From NCBI GenBank assembly GCA_041485465.1, contig JBGPJO010000002.1, positions 6,629 through 70,628 of the forward strand: a DNA stretch of 64,000 bases, read 5' to 3'. The translations under genes were made by a program, and so were the position numbers. The DNA is from Minisyncoccia bacterium (GTDB taxonomy: Bacteria; Patescibacteriota; Minisyncoccia; Phycocordibacterales; JAKFXT01). Positions 56,269 through 64,000 of the stretch are shown piece after piece (position 1 is the stretch's first letter; each line of letters starts with the position of its first letter). Under the pieces are notes generated by a model. The model did not search any database and was not told the DNA's origin. It saw only the letters and a list, made by a program, of their open reading frames with translations.

Positions 56269-57132
56269 ATGGATGAAAAAGAGAGGCGTATTCTAGAAAT
56301 TGAAACGGAAATAAACACTCCCTCTTTTTGGGAAAATAAAGAACGTGCTCAGACACTCCTCCGCGAGCTTAAAGATCTCAAAGAAAAAGAGCCTGAAGGC
56401 TATGATGAAAAAAGCGCGGTTTTGACGGTCTTTGCGGGAGCAGGGGGCGATGACGCCGAGGATTTTGCCCGGATGCTTAAAGACATGTATCTTAAATTTT
56501 TTGAAAAACAAGGCTTTAGTGTCCGGGTTCTTCATAAAAACGAGAATGATCACGGCGGATTCAGGAACATCACCGTTGAAATAGACGGCAAGGGGGCCTA
56601 CGGGCTCCTCAAAAGAGAGTCGGGAGTACACCGTCTTGTCCGGATTTCTCCCTTTAGTGCAAAAAAATTACGCCATACCTCGTTTGCCATGGTCGAATTC
56701 ATCCCGAAGTTCGAAAAAGTGGGAAATGAGGATATACCGGAAGACGAAATTAGTGTAGAATTTGCTCGTTCAAGCGGTCCCGGCGGCCAGAACGTCAACA
56801 AAAGGGAAACGGCGGTCCGCATTGTCCACGTGCCAACCAAACTTTCCGTTCACGTCGAATCAGAACGCTCTCAAGCCCAGAATAAAGAAAAAGCACTTGC
56901 TCTCCTTAAGGGGAAACTGTGGAAATTGCGCGAGGAAGAGCGGCATGAGAGAGAAAAAGGCATGTACATTTCAAAAACGACGGAGGCAAAATGGGGCAAC
57001 CAGATCCGCTCCTACGTTCTTCACCCCTACAAACTGGTGAAAGACCACCGAACCAATACGGAAATCCACGACATCGATAAAATTCTTGCCGGCAATATCG
57101 AAGAATTTATAGAAGCCGAAAAGAATTTATAA
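56269..57132 (+). CDS. prfB: peptide chain release factor 2, compact form with no programmed frameshift
   Basis: SPF tripeptide (RISPFSAKK) and GGQ (SSGPGGQNVNK). TATAAT -10 hexamer upstream. Confidence 0.85.
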   Translation: MDEKERRILEIETEINTPSFWENKERAQTLLRELKDLKEKEPEGYDEKSAVLTVFAGAGGDDAEDFARMLKDMYLKFFEKQGFSVRVLHKNENDHGGFRNITVEIDGKGAYGLLKRESGVHRLVRISPFSAKKLRHTSFAMVEFIPKFEKVGNEDIPEDEISVEFARSSGPGGQNVNKRETAVRIVHVPTKLSVHVESERSQAQNKEKALALLKGKLWKLREEERHEREKGMYISKTTEAKWGNQIRSYVLHPYKLVKDHRTNTEIHDIDKILAGNIEEFIEAEKNL

Positions 57133-57148
57133 GTTACAATAAATTATC

Positions 57149-57346
57149 ATGGGGCATCATCTGACAGTTCGAGGAACATTTAAAAGCGATAAGTACGATT
57201 GGTGCAAGGAAGGATTTTTCGCTCTGAAGTTTACCGATCGTGCCGCGCAAGAAGCGATTCTCACATACGCTAAACTGACCACAGATAAAGAACTGGCGGA
57301 TGATTTGAGAGTTGTCGTTCAAAACATGCGGGAGAGTAAGCAATGA
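57149..57346 (+). CDS. small hypothetical protein (65 aa) overlapping the ftsE start
   Basis: ORF with a 4-bp ATGA overlap with ftsE. Confidence 0.3.
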   Translation: MGHHLTVRGTFKSDKYDWCKEGFFALKFTDRAAQEAILTYAKLTTDKELADDLRVVVQNMRESKQ

Positions 57347-58017
57347 TTTATTTCGACAATGTTTCAAAAGAATATCCGACTTCCGGTTTTGTTCTCTCCG
57401 ACATCATTCTTAACATCAACCCGAAAGAGTTTATCTCAATCGTCGGTCCATCGGGCGCTGGCAAGACAACCCTCTTGAAGCTTCTACTTGCCGAAGAGCG
57501 GCCGACCTCCGGCCAGGTTTTTTTTGAGTCAATGAACGTTCACTTGCTTAAAAATGAAGAAGTGAACAATTACCGCCGCAGAATCGGTACGGTTTTTCAG
57601 GATTTTAGACTGCTTCACGATAAGACCGCTTACGAAAATATCGCCTTTGCGATGGAAGCGGCGGGGCGGAGCGATGAAGAAATAGCGGCTGATGTGCCGC
57701 ACGTTCTTGAGCTCGTCGATCTTGGCAATAAAATGTGGAATTTCCCCAGCCAACTCTCCGGTGGCGAGAAACAGCGAGTCGCAATTGCACGGGCAATCAT
57801 CAATCAGCCGGATGTCATTATCGCAGATGAGCCGACGGGAAACTTGGACCCAGTTAATACGAATGATGTTGTCCAGATTTTGAAAAAAGTGAATGATCTC
57901 GGCACGACCGTTATCCTCACCACCCATAATAAAAACGTTGTAGATTCGCTGAAGAAGCGGGTCATCACCCTTGACCAAGGGCGGATTGTGAGGGACGACA
58001 CGAAAGGCACATATTAG
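57343..58017 (+). CDS. ftsE: cell division ATP-binding protein FtsE
   Basis: Walker A GPSGAGKTT, ABC signature LSGGEKQR, Walker B IIADEP. Confidence 0.9.
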   Translation: MIYFDNVSKEYPTSGFVLSDIILNINPKEFISIVGPSGAGKTTLLKLLLAEERPTSGQVFFESMNVHLLKNEEVNNYRRRIGTVFQDFRLLHDKTAYENIAFAMEAAGRSDEEIAADVPHVLELVDLGNKMWNFPSQLSGGEKQRVAIARAIINQPDVIIADEPTGNLDPVNTNDVVQILKKVNDLGTTVILTTHNKNVVDSLKKRVITLDQGRIVRDDTKGTY

Positions 58018-58046
58018 CCTCCGCCTTGCTCTGGTAAAATACCTAT

Positions 58047-58973
58047 ATGCTTTTAAGCAAGATGAAACGAATACTGCGCTCGGGTTTTGTTTCTTTTTGG
58101 AGAAACAGTTTCGTCTCGCTTGCTTCCGCCCTGATCATGACTGTGACTCTTTCCGTCATCGGCATTTTGGTTTTTGCGAATGCGGTGTTGAACACTTCGC
58201 TTGTTTCTCTTCGCGACAAGGTCGACATCAATATTTATTTCGTGACCGGAGCTGATGAAGGTAGCATTCTCTCGCTTAAAAAAGACGTTGAGGCGCTTCC
58301 TGAAGTGGCGAGCGTTCAATATGTTTCGCGGGATCAGGCACTTGCCGATTTCAAGACGCGCCATGAGAACGATCAACTGACACTCCAGGCGCTTGATGAA
58401 TTGGGGGACAATCCACTTGGCGCGATGCTCAATATCAAAGCGAAAGAAACATCTCAGTATGAAAGCATCGCAAAATTTCTTGAGAGCAAAAATGCGCTTT
58501 CAAAAGGTGGAACACAAATCATCGACAAGGTGAACTACTATCAAAATAAAACAGCAATCGACAAGCTAAGCGCGATCACTTCTTCCGCCCGCTCACTTGG
58601 TCTCGCGCTCGTCTTTGTCTTTTCTTTCATTTCAATCATGATCACCTTCAATACGATTCGTCTTGTGATCTACAACTCACGCGATGAAATCTCAGTGATG
58701 CGCCTGGTCGGCGCATCAACGCGCTACATTCGCGGACCTTTTGTTGTTTCGGGGATAATGTACGGAGTGATCGCGGGAGTACTCACCTTGCTACTCTTTT
58801 ACCCTTTTCTTTTGTGGCTCAATCCGAAATTACTCAGTTTCTTCTCCGGTTTCAGCTTGCTTTCCTACTACGGACATAATTTCATTCAAATTTTTGTGAT
58901 TATCGTCGGCACGGGGATAATTCTCGGCGCGATTTCGAGCTATATGGCGGTACGGCGGTATTTGAAAATTTAA
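58047..58973 (+). CDS. ftsX: cell division permease FtsX
   Basis: Four transmembrane segments plus a periplasmic domain. Located downstream of ftsE. Confidence 0.85.
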   Translation: MLLSKMKRILRSGFVSFWRNSFVSLASALIMTVTLSVIGILVFANAVLNTSLVSLRDKVDINIYFVTGADEGSILSLKKDVEALPEVASVQYVSRDQALADFKTRHENDQLTLQALDELGDNPLGAMLNIKAKETSQYESIAKFLESKNALSKGGTQIIDKVNYYQNKTAIDKLSAITSSARSLGLALVFVFSFISIMITFNTIRLVIYNSRDEISVMRLVGASTRYIRGPFVVSGIMYGVIAGVLTLLLFYPFLLWLNPKLLSFFSGFSLLSYYGHNFIQIFVIIVGTGIILGAISSYMAVRRYLKI

Positions 58974-58976
58974 GAA

Positions 58977-60629
58977 ATGAAAAAAGGGAATCATAAATAT
59001 GTGTTCGTGATTGGCGGCGTGATGTCGGGTGTCGGCAAGGGAGTTGCCACCTCGTCAATCGGCAAGATTCTCCAGGCCAAAGGCTTCAGAGTAAACCCGA
59101 TCAAAGTCGATCCGTACCTGAACGTCGACGCAGGCACTATGAACCCCACCGAACACGGTGAGGTTTTCGTTTTAAAGAGCGGGCTTGAGACTGATCAGGA
59201 CATGGGTAACTATGAGCGCTTTCTCGGAATTGAACTTCGCGAGGAAAACTACATGACAAGCGGCATGATTTACAAGGGGGTACTTGAGCGGGAGAGGAAT
59301 CTCGGTTACAAAGGCAAGTGCGTTGAGGCGATTCCGCATATTCGGGATGAAATCATCCGCAGGATTGAGCTCTCCGCTGACGTTAATGGATCAACGGTGA
59401 GCGTCATCGAAATCGGTGGCACCGTTGGCGATTATCAAAATATTCTTTTTATTGACGCCGCCCGGGTGATGAAGCTGAAGAATCCCGATGATGTAATTTT
59501 TGTATTGGTCACCTATCTTCCGATACCGAACAAGATCGGTGAAATGAAAACCAAGCCGTCGCAAAACGCGGTGCGGCAGTTAAACTCCTACGGTGTCCAG
59601 CCGGATATCATTATCGCCCGGGCAGAAGTGTCACTTGATCGGAAGCGTAAGGAAAAAATCGCGATGTCCTGCTCGGTGCAGCCGGAAAATGTCATTTCCG
59701 CGCCTGACATCGACTCGATTTACGAAGTGCCGCTTAATTTCGAAAAGGACAAGCTCGGAGAAAAAATCGTCAAACTCTTTAAAGAGAAAGACAGATCGTC
59801 TTTACGGGAGATGGGAAAGTGGCAGGCGTTTATAAAAAAAATTACGAAGGCGAAAAGCGAAATCAATATCGCCATTGTCGGAAAATATTTCGACACGGGG
59901 GATTTTATGCTCTCGGACGCATATATTTCGGTGATCGAAGCGCTTAAATTTTCCGCTTATCATCTCGGTAGACGTCCGAAGCTTACTTGGCTTAATTCGA
60001 AAGATTTCGAAATCGGAAAAACGCGCGTAGCGGATTTAAAAAAGTATGATGGCATTATTGTCCCCGGCGGCTTTGGGGATACTGGCATTGAAGGAAAAAT
60101 AAAAGTTATCCGCTACGCGCGGGAGAACAAGATTCCGTACCTCGGGCTTTGTTATGGCATGCAGCTTGCCACCGTTGAATTTGCACGGAACGTCGCGGGA
60201 CTCAAGGGCGCGAACACGACGGAAATAAATCCGGAAACGAAATACCCAATTATCGACATCATGCCGGATCAGAAAGAAAAGCTTGCGCGGAAAGATTACG
60301 GCGGTTCGATGCGGCTCGGAAGCTACTTGGCGGTTCTAAAGAGGGGGACTGTCGCGCGTGACGCCTATGGCAAGGAGTTGATAGAAGAGCGCCACCGGCA
60401 CCGCTTCGAGGTAAACCCCGAATACATCGAGAAAATAGAGAAGCACGGTATGGTATTTTCCGGAAAATCTCCCGATGGGAGGTTGATGGAGATTGCGGAA
60501 TTGCCGCGGAGAATGCACCCGTTTTTCCTTGGTACGCAATTTCACCCGGAATTCAAAGCCCACCCACTCTCCCCCCATCCATTGTTTACGGAGTTTCTGA
60601 AAGCCGCAATCAAGCGGAAGAAAAAATAA
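58977..60629 (+). CDS. pyrG: CTP synthase
   Basis: N-terminal KYVFVIGGVMSGVGKG and the GATase triad region GLCYGMQLA. Confidence 0.95.
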   Translation: MKKGNHKYVFVIGGVMSGVGKGVATSSIGKILQAKGFRVNPIKVDPYLNVDAGTMNPTEHGEVFVLKSGLETDQDMGNYERFLGIELREENYMTSGMIYKGVLERERNLGYKGKCVEAIPHIRDEIIRRIELSADVNGSTVSVIEIGGTVGDYQNILFIDAARVMKLKNPDDVIFVLVTYLPIPNKIGEMKTKPSQNAVRQLNSYGVQPDIIIARAEVSLDRKRKEKIAMSCSVQPENVISAPDIDSIYEVPLNFEKDKLGEKIVKLFKEKDRSSLREMGKWQAFIKKITKAKSEINIAIVGKYFDTGDFMLSDAYISVIEALKFSAYHLGRRPKLTWLNSKDFEIGKTRVADLKKYDGIIVPGGFGDTGIEGKIKVIRYARENKIPYLGLCYGMQLATVEFARNVAGLKGANTTEINPETKYPIIDIMPDQKEKLARKDYGGSMRLGSYLAVLKRGTVARDAYGKELIEERHRHRFEVNPEYIEKIEKHGMVFSGKSPDGRLMEIAELPRRMHPFFLGTQFHPEFKAHPLSPHPLFTEFLKAAIKRKKK

Positions 60630-60639
60630 ATAAAATACC

Positions 60640-60912
60640 GTGGCCATAATTGAAAAGAAAATCTGGCCGGAGAATTTCAAAAAGGTGCTTTCCGGAGAAA
60701 AGACCTATGAGCCGCGCCTTTCTGATTTTGCGATACAAGAAGGCGATGAACTGCTTCTGCGCGAGTGGAATCCGGGGGCAGGCAAATACACCGGCCGAAG
60801 TATCAGGAAGAGAGTGAAAGACATCCTCAAACTTTCGCCCTCCGAAATGAGAAAATATTGGTCGCAGGATGAAATCGAAAAGCACGGCATTCAAGTCATC
60901 CGATTTGAATAA
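60640..60912 (+). CDS. ASCH/DUF3850-like small protein
   Basis: EKKIWPENFKKVLSGEKTYEPRL...GDELLLREW PUA-like pattern. Confidence 0.45.
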   Translation: MAIIEKKIWPENFKKVLSGEKTYEPRLSDFAIQEGDELLLREWNPGAGKYTGRSIRKRVKDILKLSPSEMRKYWSQDEIEKHGIQVIRFE

Positions 60913-60969
60913 GGCGGGGTTTAAATAAAAATTCCCAACAAAGCGCTTTTGTGTTACAAATTCTGGTAT

Positions 60970-61040
60970 TGCGGGATCGTCTAACGGTAGGACAACAGAC
61001 TCTGGATCTGTTTATCTAGGTTCGAATCCTAGTCCCGCAG
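60970..61040 (+). tRNA. tRNA-Gln (anticodon CUG) with U1-A72
   Basis: Acceptor TGCGGGA/TCCCGCA, anticodon arm ACAGA-CTCTGGA-TCTGT, T-arm CTAGG-TTCGAAT-CCTAG. Confidence 0.8.
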
Positions 61041-61135
61041 CCCTTCTTCACTTCGTTCATCAGGGCCTTCGGCACTGATACAAAAAGAGCGAAGAAGGCT
61101 CTGAGAAGTTTTACTTCGAAGAGCATTGATTCAAC

Positions 61136-61381
61136 ATGTCTTATTTCGTCTACGTCCTAGAGTGTGCCGACAAATCTTTTTATGTCGGATGCACCAATAA
61201 CTTAAAGAGACGACTAGAGCAACATAACGACTCCAAATGGGGAGCACACTACACTAAAATCTGCCGACCAGTGATGTTAAAATATTCTGAAACATTCTCA
61301 ACTCTGAAAAAAGCTCGAAGACGAGAAGCTGAAATTAAGAGATGGCGACGAGAAAAGAAATTAAAGTTAATAAACAGCTAG
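61136..61381 (+). CDS. GIY-YIG nuclease domain protein (UPF0213-like)
   Basis: YFVYVLEC...YVGCTNNLKRRLEQHN. Confidence 0.75.
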   Translation: MSYFVYVLECADKSFYVGCTNNLKRRLEQHNDSKWGAHYTKICRPVMLKYSETFSTLKKARRREAEIKRWRREKKLKLINS

Positions 61382-61426
61382 CCGGTTTGAGACAGGTTCG
61401 GAGTCCAGGGTGTATAATCATTAAAT

Positions 61427-61882
61427 ATGGTAAAAGTAATTGGGATAGATCATTTGGTGGTTGGAGTTAGTAACATCAAACGCTCGAAGGAGTTTTATAG
61501 GAGGGTACTTGGTTTTTTGGGTTTCAAAATGACGGATGATTATGGGGCGGCGGTCGGTTTTAAATACGACAAGAACGGCCTCAAGACACGTTTTTGGATA
61601 ACCTTAGCTGATAAAGTGGGTCGCAAGCACAAGCACCGCAAGGGGGAGGTGGGATTTCATCACTACGCGTTCGAGCTTGGTTCGCGGAAAGACGTCGATG
61701 AACTTTATACTAAGGTACTGAAGCCTAATAAAGTAAAAATAATCGACAGGCCGCAGGATTTTCCGCAATATGGCAAAGGCTACTACTTCGTGAGCTTTAT
61801 TGACCCGGACAATATCAAACTCGAGGCGATGGTCTTTCGTCCCGACCAGGTTCCGAAGGAAAAAAGAAGAAATAAGAACTAG
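61427..61882 (+). CDS. VOC-family (glyoxalase/bleomycin-resistance fold) protein
   Basis: IDHLVVGVSNIKRSKEFY...GFHHYAFEL. Confidence 0.65.
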   Translation: MVKVIGIDHLVVGVSNIKRSKEFYRRVLGFLGFKMTDDYGAAVGFKYDKNGLKTRFWITLADKVGRKHKHRKGEVGFHHYAFELGSRKDVDELYTKVLKPNKVKIIDRPQDFPQYGKGYYFVSFIDPDNIKLEAMVFRPDQVPKEKRRNKN

Positions 61883-61904
61883 TTTGGCTGGCTTTTAATT
61901 CCAC

Positions 61905-62897
61905 GTGAAAAATTATTTAGATAAAAATTCTTCGCTTCTGATACTTTTCGGTTTCGTAGTAATTTTTTTCGTTGGTTTTGGTATCGGACGAATTACCGAG
62001 CAACCGGTAACGGTAACTAATAACAAAGTTCTGCGCGAGGATGGGTATACTTACATCTCCCCGGTCCTTCTTTGTAATATAAACGATCCGAGTGAAGCGA
62101 ACAGAGACGCTGTGCTTCAAAGTCAGATTCAAACGTATCTTGATGGGGCATCCGAGAAGGATGTGTCGGTTTTCTATCTCGATTTTCACAACGGGAAATG
62201 GATGGGCATTAGTGAAAACGAAAATTTTTCTCCGGCAAGTATGCTCAAAGTGCCGACCATGGTTGCAATTTACCACTATGCAGATTCTCACCCGGGGTTT
62301 CTTAACAAAGAGATCTATTATGATGGCAGTTTCGACGACAACAAGGCCGAATATTTTAAATCAGGGAAGGCTATCAAACCAGGCCAGTCATATACACTTG
62401 ATACGCTTATCGATTATATGATCAACTATTCGGACAACAATGCCACTCGTCTCCTCGACACTACAATTCCTGCCAAAGATATCGACGACGTCTACAATGA
62501 TCTGCGCATTCAGCTTCCTTCCGGTCCGGCTATTGATTTTATGTCGACCAAGACCTACGCACTCTTTCTCCGATTACTTTACAATAGCACCTATTTGACG
62601 CGCGAGATGTCAGAAAAAGCCTTAAAGGTAATGGTTGGGCCGGATTTTCCAGAAGGATTAGTGGGTGGGGTGCCGTCTTCTGTTGAAGTGGCGCAGAAAT
62701 TCGGCGAACGTGAGATCCTCGCGCCCGACGGGACCATTCAATCGCACGAAGTACATGATTGCGGTATCGTGTATGGTCCTTCAAACAACACCTACATACT
62801 CTGTGTGATGACGCGCGGCAAAAATTTTGATGTTCTTGCTTCAGAAATCAAAACTATCTCCAAAATTACATACGACAAACTCGCCCTCCCAAATTAG
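61905..62897 (+). CDS. membrane-anchored class A beta-lactamase-like serine hydrolase
   Basis: SMLK (SxxK) and SDN motifs. N-terminal transmembrane anchor. Confidence 0.65.
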   Translation: MKNYLDKNSSLLILFGFVVIFFVGFGIGRITEQPVTVTNNKVLREDGYTYISPVLLCNINDPSEANRDAVLQSQIQTYLDGASEKDVSVFYLDFHNGKWMGISENENFSPASMLKVPTMVAIYHYADSHPGFLNKEIYYDGSFDDNKAEYFKSGKAIKPGQSYTLDTLIDYMINYSDNNATRLLDTTIPAKDIDDVYNDLRIQLPSGPAIDFMSTKTYALFLRLLYNSTYLTREMSEKALKVMVGPDFPEGLVGGVPSSVEVAQKFGEREILAPDGTIQSHEVHDCGIVYGPSNNTYILCVMTRGKNFDVLASEIKTISKITYDKLALPN

Positions 62898-62925
62898 AGA
62901 TCAGTGCTTGCCCGGAAGGTATTAA

Positions 62926-62954
62926 TTGACAAAATTATACTTTTGGGATATACT
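62926..62954 (+). promoter_or_regulatory. consensus sigma70 promoter TTGACA-17 nt-TATACT
   Basis: Perfect -35 hexamer, 17-nt spacer, and a near-consensus -10 hexamer, upstream of the helicase leader. Confidence 0.55.
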
Positions 62955-63126
62955 AACATTATAACTGAATCTCATCGGTTTTTTGTTTTTAAGGAGGGAG
63001 TTTCCTAAAAATATTAAAGTAAAAAGCCCTTAGTGGGGCTTTATCTAAGACCTCTCGAGACAACCTAGTCAGTATATTTATTCTAAAGACTAGAGGTTAT
63101 GGGGCGAAAGCCCGTTAGATAAAGCT

Positions 63127-64000
63127 ATGCATAATAGAAGCTTCAATAGGAATGGAGGAGTGAGAAAATCACCCTCTACATTCCAGAATCAGACTAAGAA
63201 CTCGCCATTTCAAAAGCGAGCCTCTTCGCATTTCAATCGGGGCGGAGGAGGCCAGAGAGGCAGGGTGAGGCAGCACGGAGAAAAAATCGATTACGCCAGA
63301 TTTATCAACAAGGCGCTTGAAGGCGGGGAGGCGCTACAGGCATCTCCCATTAACAGGTTTGAGGATTTTAAAATCGATGAGCAATTAAAAAGAGCCATAG
63401 CTCTGCGTGGCTACGGTACGCCGACTCCCATCCAAGACCAGGCCATCCCGCACGTTCTTCAGGGCATCGATATTTTGGGTCTTGCCAACACCGGCACGGG
63501 AAAAACTGGCGCATTTCTCATTCCACTCATCAACAAAGTGCTGTTGAACCGCACGGAACGCATTTTAATTATGGCACCAACAAGAGAGCTTGCCATTCAG
63601 ATTAATGAAGATCTGAGAGGGTTCACTGTTAAGATGCATCTCAAGGAGAAAATCTTTTCTGTCTGCTGTGTCGGTGGTATGAACATTGGACGGCAGATTT
63701 CTGAGTTGCGGTATGCTAATAACTTTATTATTGGCACGCCGGGGAGGCTTAAAGATTTGATTGAGCGCAGAATGATAAATCTTTCTCTTTTTAATACCGT
63801 TGTGCTTGATGAGGCTGACCGGATGCTTGACATGGGTTTTGTGAACGATATGCGGTTTCTCATAGCGAAGATGCCGAAGAAACGCCAGACACTTTTCTTT
63901 TCAGCTACGGTTTCTTCTGAAATTGAAAAACTTATCAAAGAGTTTCTTACTAATCCAGTGAGGATTTCCGTTAAAACGAGAGATACGTCAAAGAATGTTG
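63127..64000 (+). CDS. DEAD-box ATP-dependent RNA helicase (5' partial, runs off the window)
   Basis: Q-motif GYGTPTPIQ, motif I ANTGTGKT, DEAD and SAT motifs. Arg/Gly-rich N-terminal tail. Confidence 0.85.
   Translation, partial: MHNRSFNRNGGVRKSPSTFQNQTKNSPFQKRASSHFNRGGGGQRGRVRQHGEKIDYARFINKALEGGEALQASPINRFEDFKIDEQLKRAIALRGYGTPTPIQDQAIPHVLQGIDILGLANTGTGKTGAFLIPLINKVLLNRTERILIMAPTRELAIQINEDLRGFTVKMHLKEKIFSVCCVGGMNIGRQISELRYANNFIIGTPGRLKDLIERRMINLSLFNTVVLDEADRMLDMGFVNDMRFLIAKMPKKRQTLFFSATVSSEIEKLIKEFLTNPVRISVKTRDTSKNV

Noticed and set aside
56269-57132. Possibility that the short prfB is a truncated pseudogene
   Set aside because: It has an intact SPF, GGQ and C-terminal domain, a good -10 hexamer upstream, and no internal stop. 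It is consistent with a genuinely compact RF2.
61041-61135. Possible structured element (CTTCTTC...GAAGAAG partial complementarity) between tRNA-Gln and the GIY-YIG gene
   Set aside because: Pairing is imperfect and there is no clear terminator or riboswitch architecture. Probably an ordinary intergenic spacer or promoter.
1-64000. CRISPR arrays, transposases, integrases, rRNA genes
   Set aside because: No regularly spaced direct repeats were seen. No DDE or tyrosine-recombinase motifs appeared in any frame, and there are no rRNA-like conserved blocks.

Overview
The window is a gene-dense bacterial chromosomal segment of roughly 48-50% GC, built almost entirely from core housekeeping loci. 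Several traits point to a streamlined, Patescibacteria/CPR-like genome: bL30 is absent, rpsN is the Zn-ribbon type Z form, RF2 is short and needs no frameshift, there is a type IV pilus cluster with no secretin, and many genes overlap or are very small. This taxonomic placement is an inference, not something proven by the sequence.

Main blocks, in order:
- tuf followed by an S10-spc ribosomal-protein array, rpsJ through rplO, then secY-adk-map (0.9-14.7 kb). An autonomous two-gene cassette sits between rplB and rpsS.
- ndk, a beta-CASP/RNase J-like nuclease, a LOG-family gene, and the rplT-rpmI-infC operon.
- smpB plus tmRNA, ftsH, pyrC, yciB, a tRNA-Ile with anticodon UAU, recG, and several small secreted or oxidoreductase genes.
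- A pyrD-like gene followed by tRNA-Ser and an AT-rich island of about 4.2 kb. The island carries a restriction-modification-like pair, a LexA-type repressor, and an orphan ClpP-fold protease.
- A complete type IV pilus locus: pilMNO, pilB, a CheY-like regulator, pilT, pilC, seven pilin or pseudopilin genes, and pilD.
- ligA, gatCA, five tRNAs, prfB, ftsEX, pyrG, tRNA-Gln, several small enzymes, and the 5' part of a DEAD-box helicase.

No CRISPR array, transposase or integrase was seen. The most unusual material is concentrated in four places: the cassette inside the S10 operon, the tRNA-Ser island, a Zn-ribbon gene plus acidic micro-peptide where infA-rpmJ-rpsM would normally sit, and a membrane SH3-HEPN-like protein.
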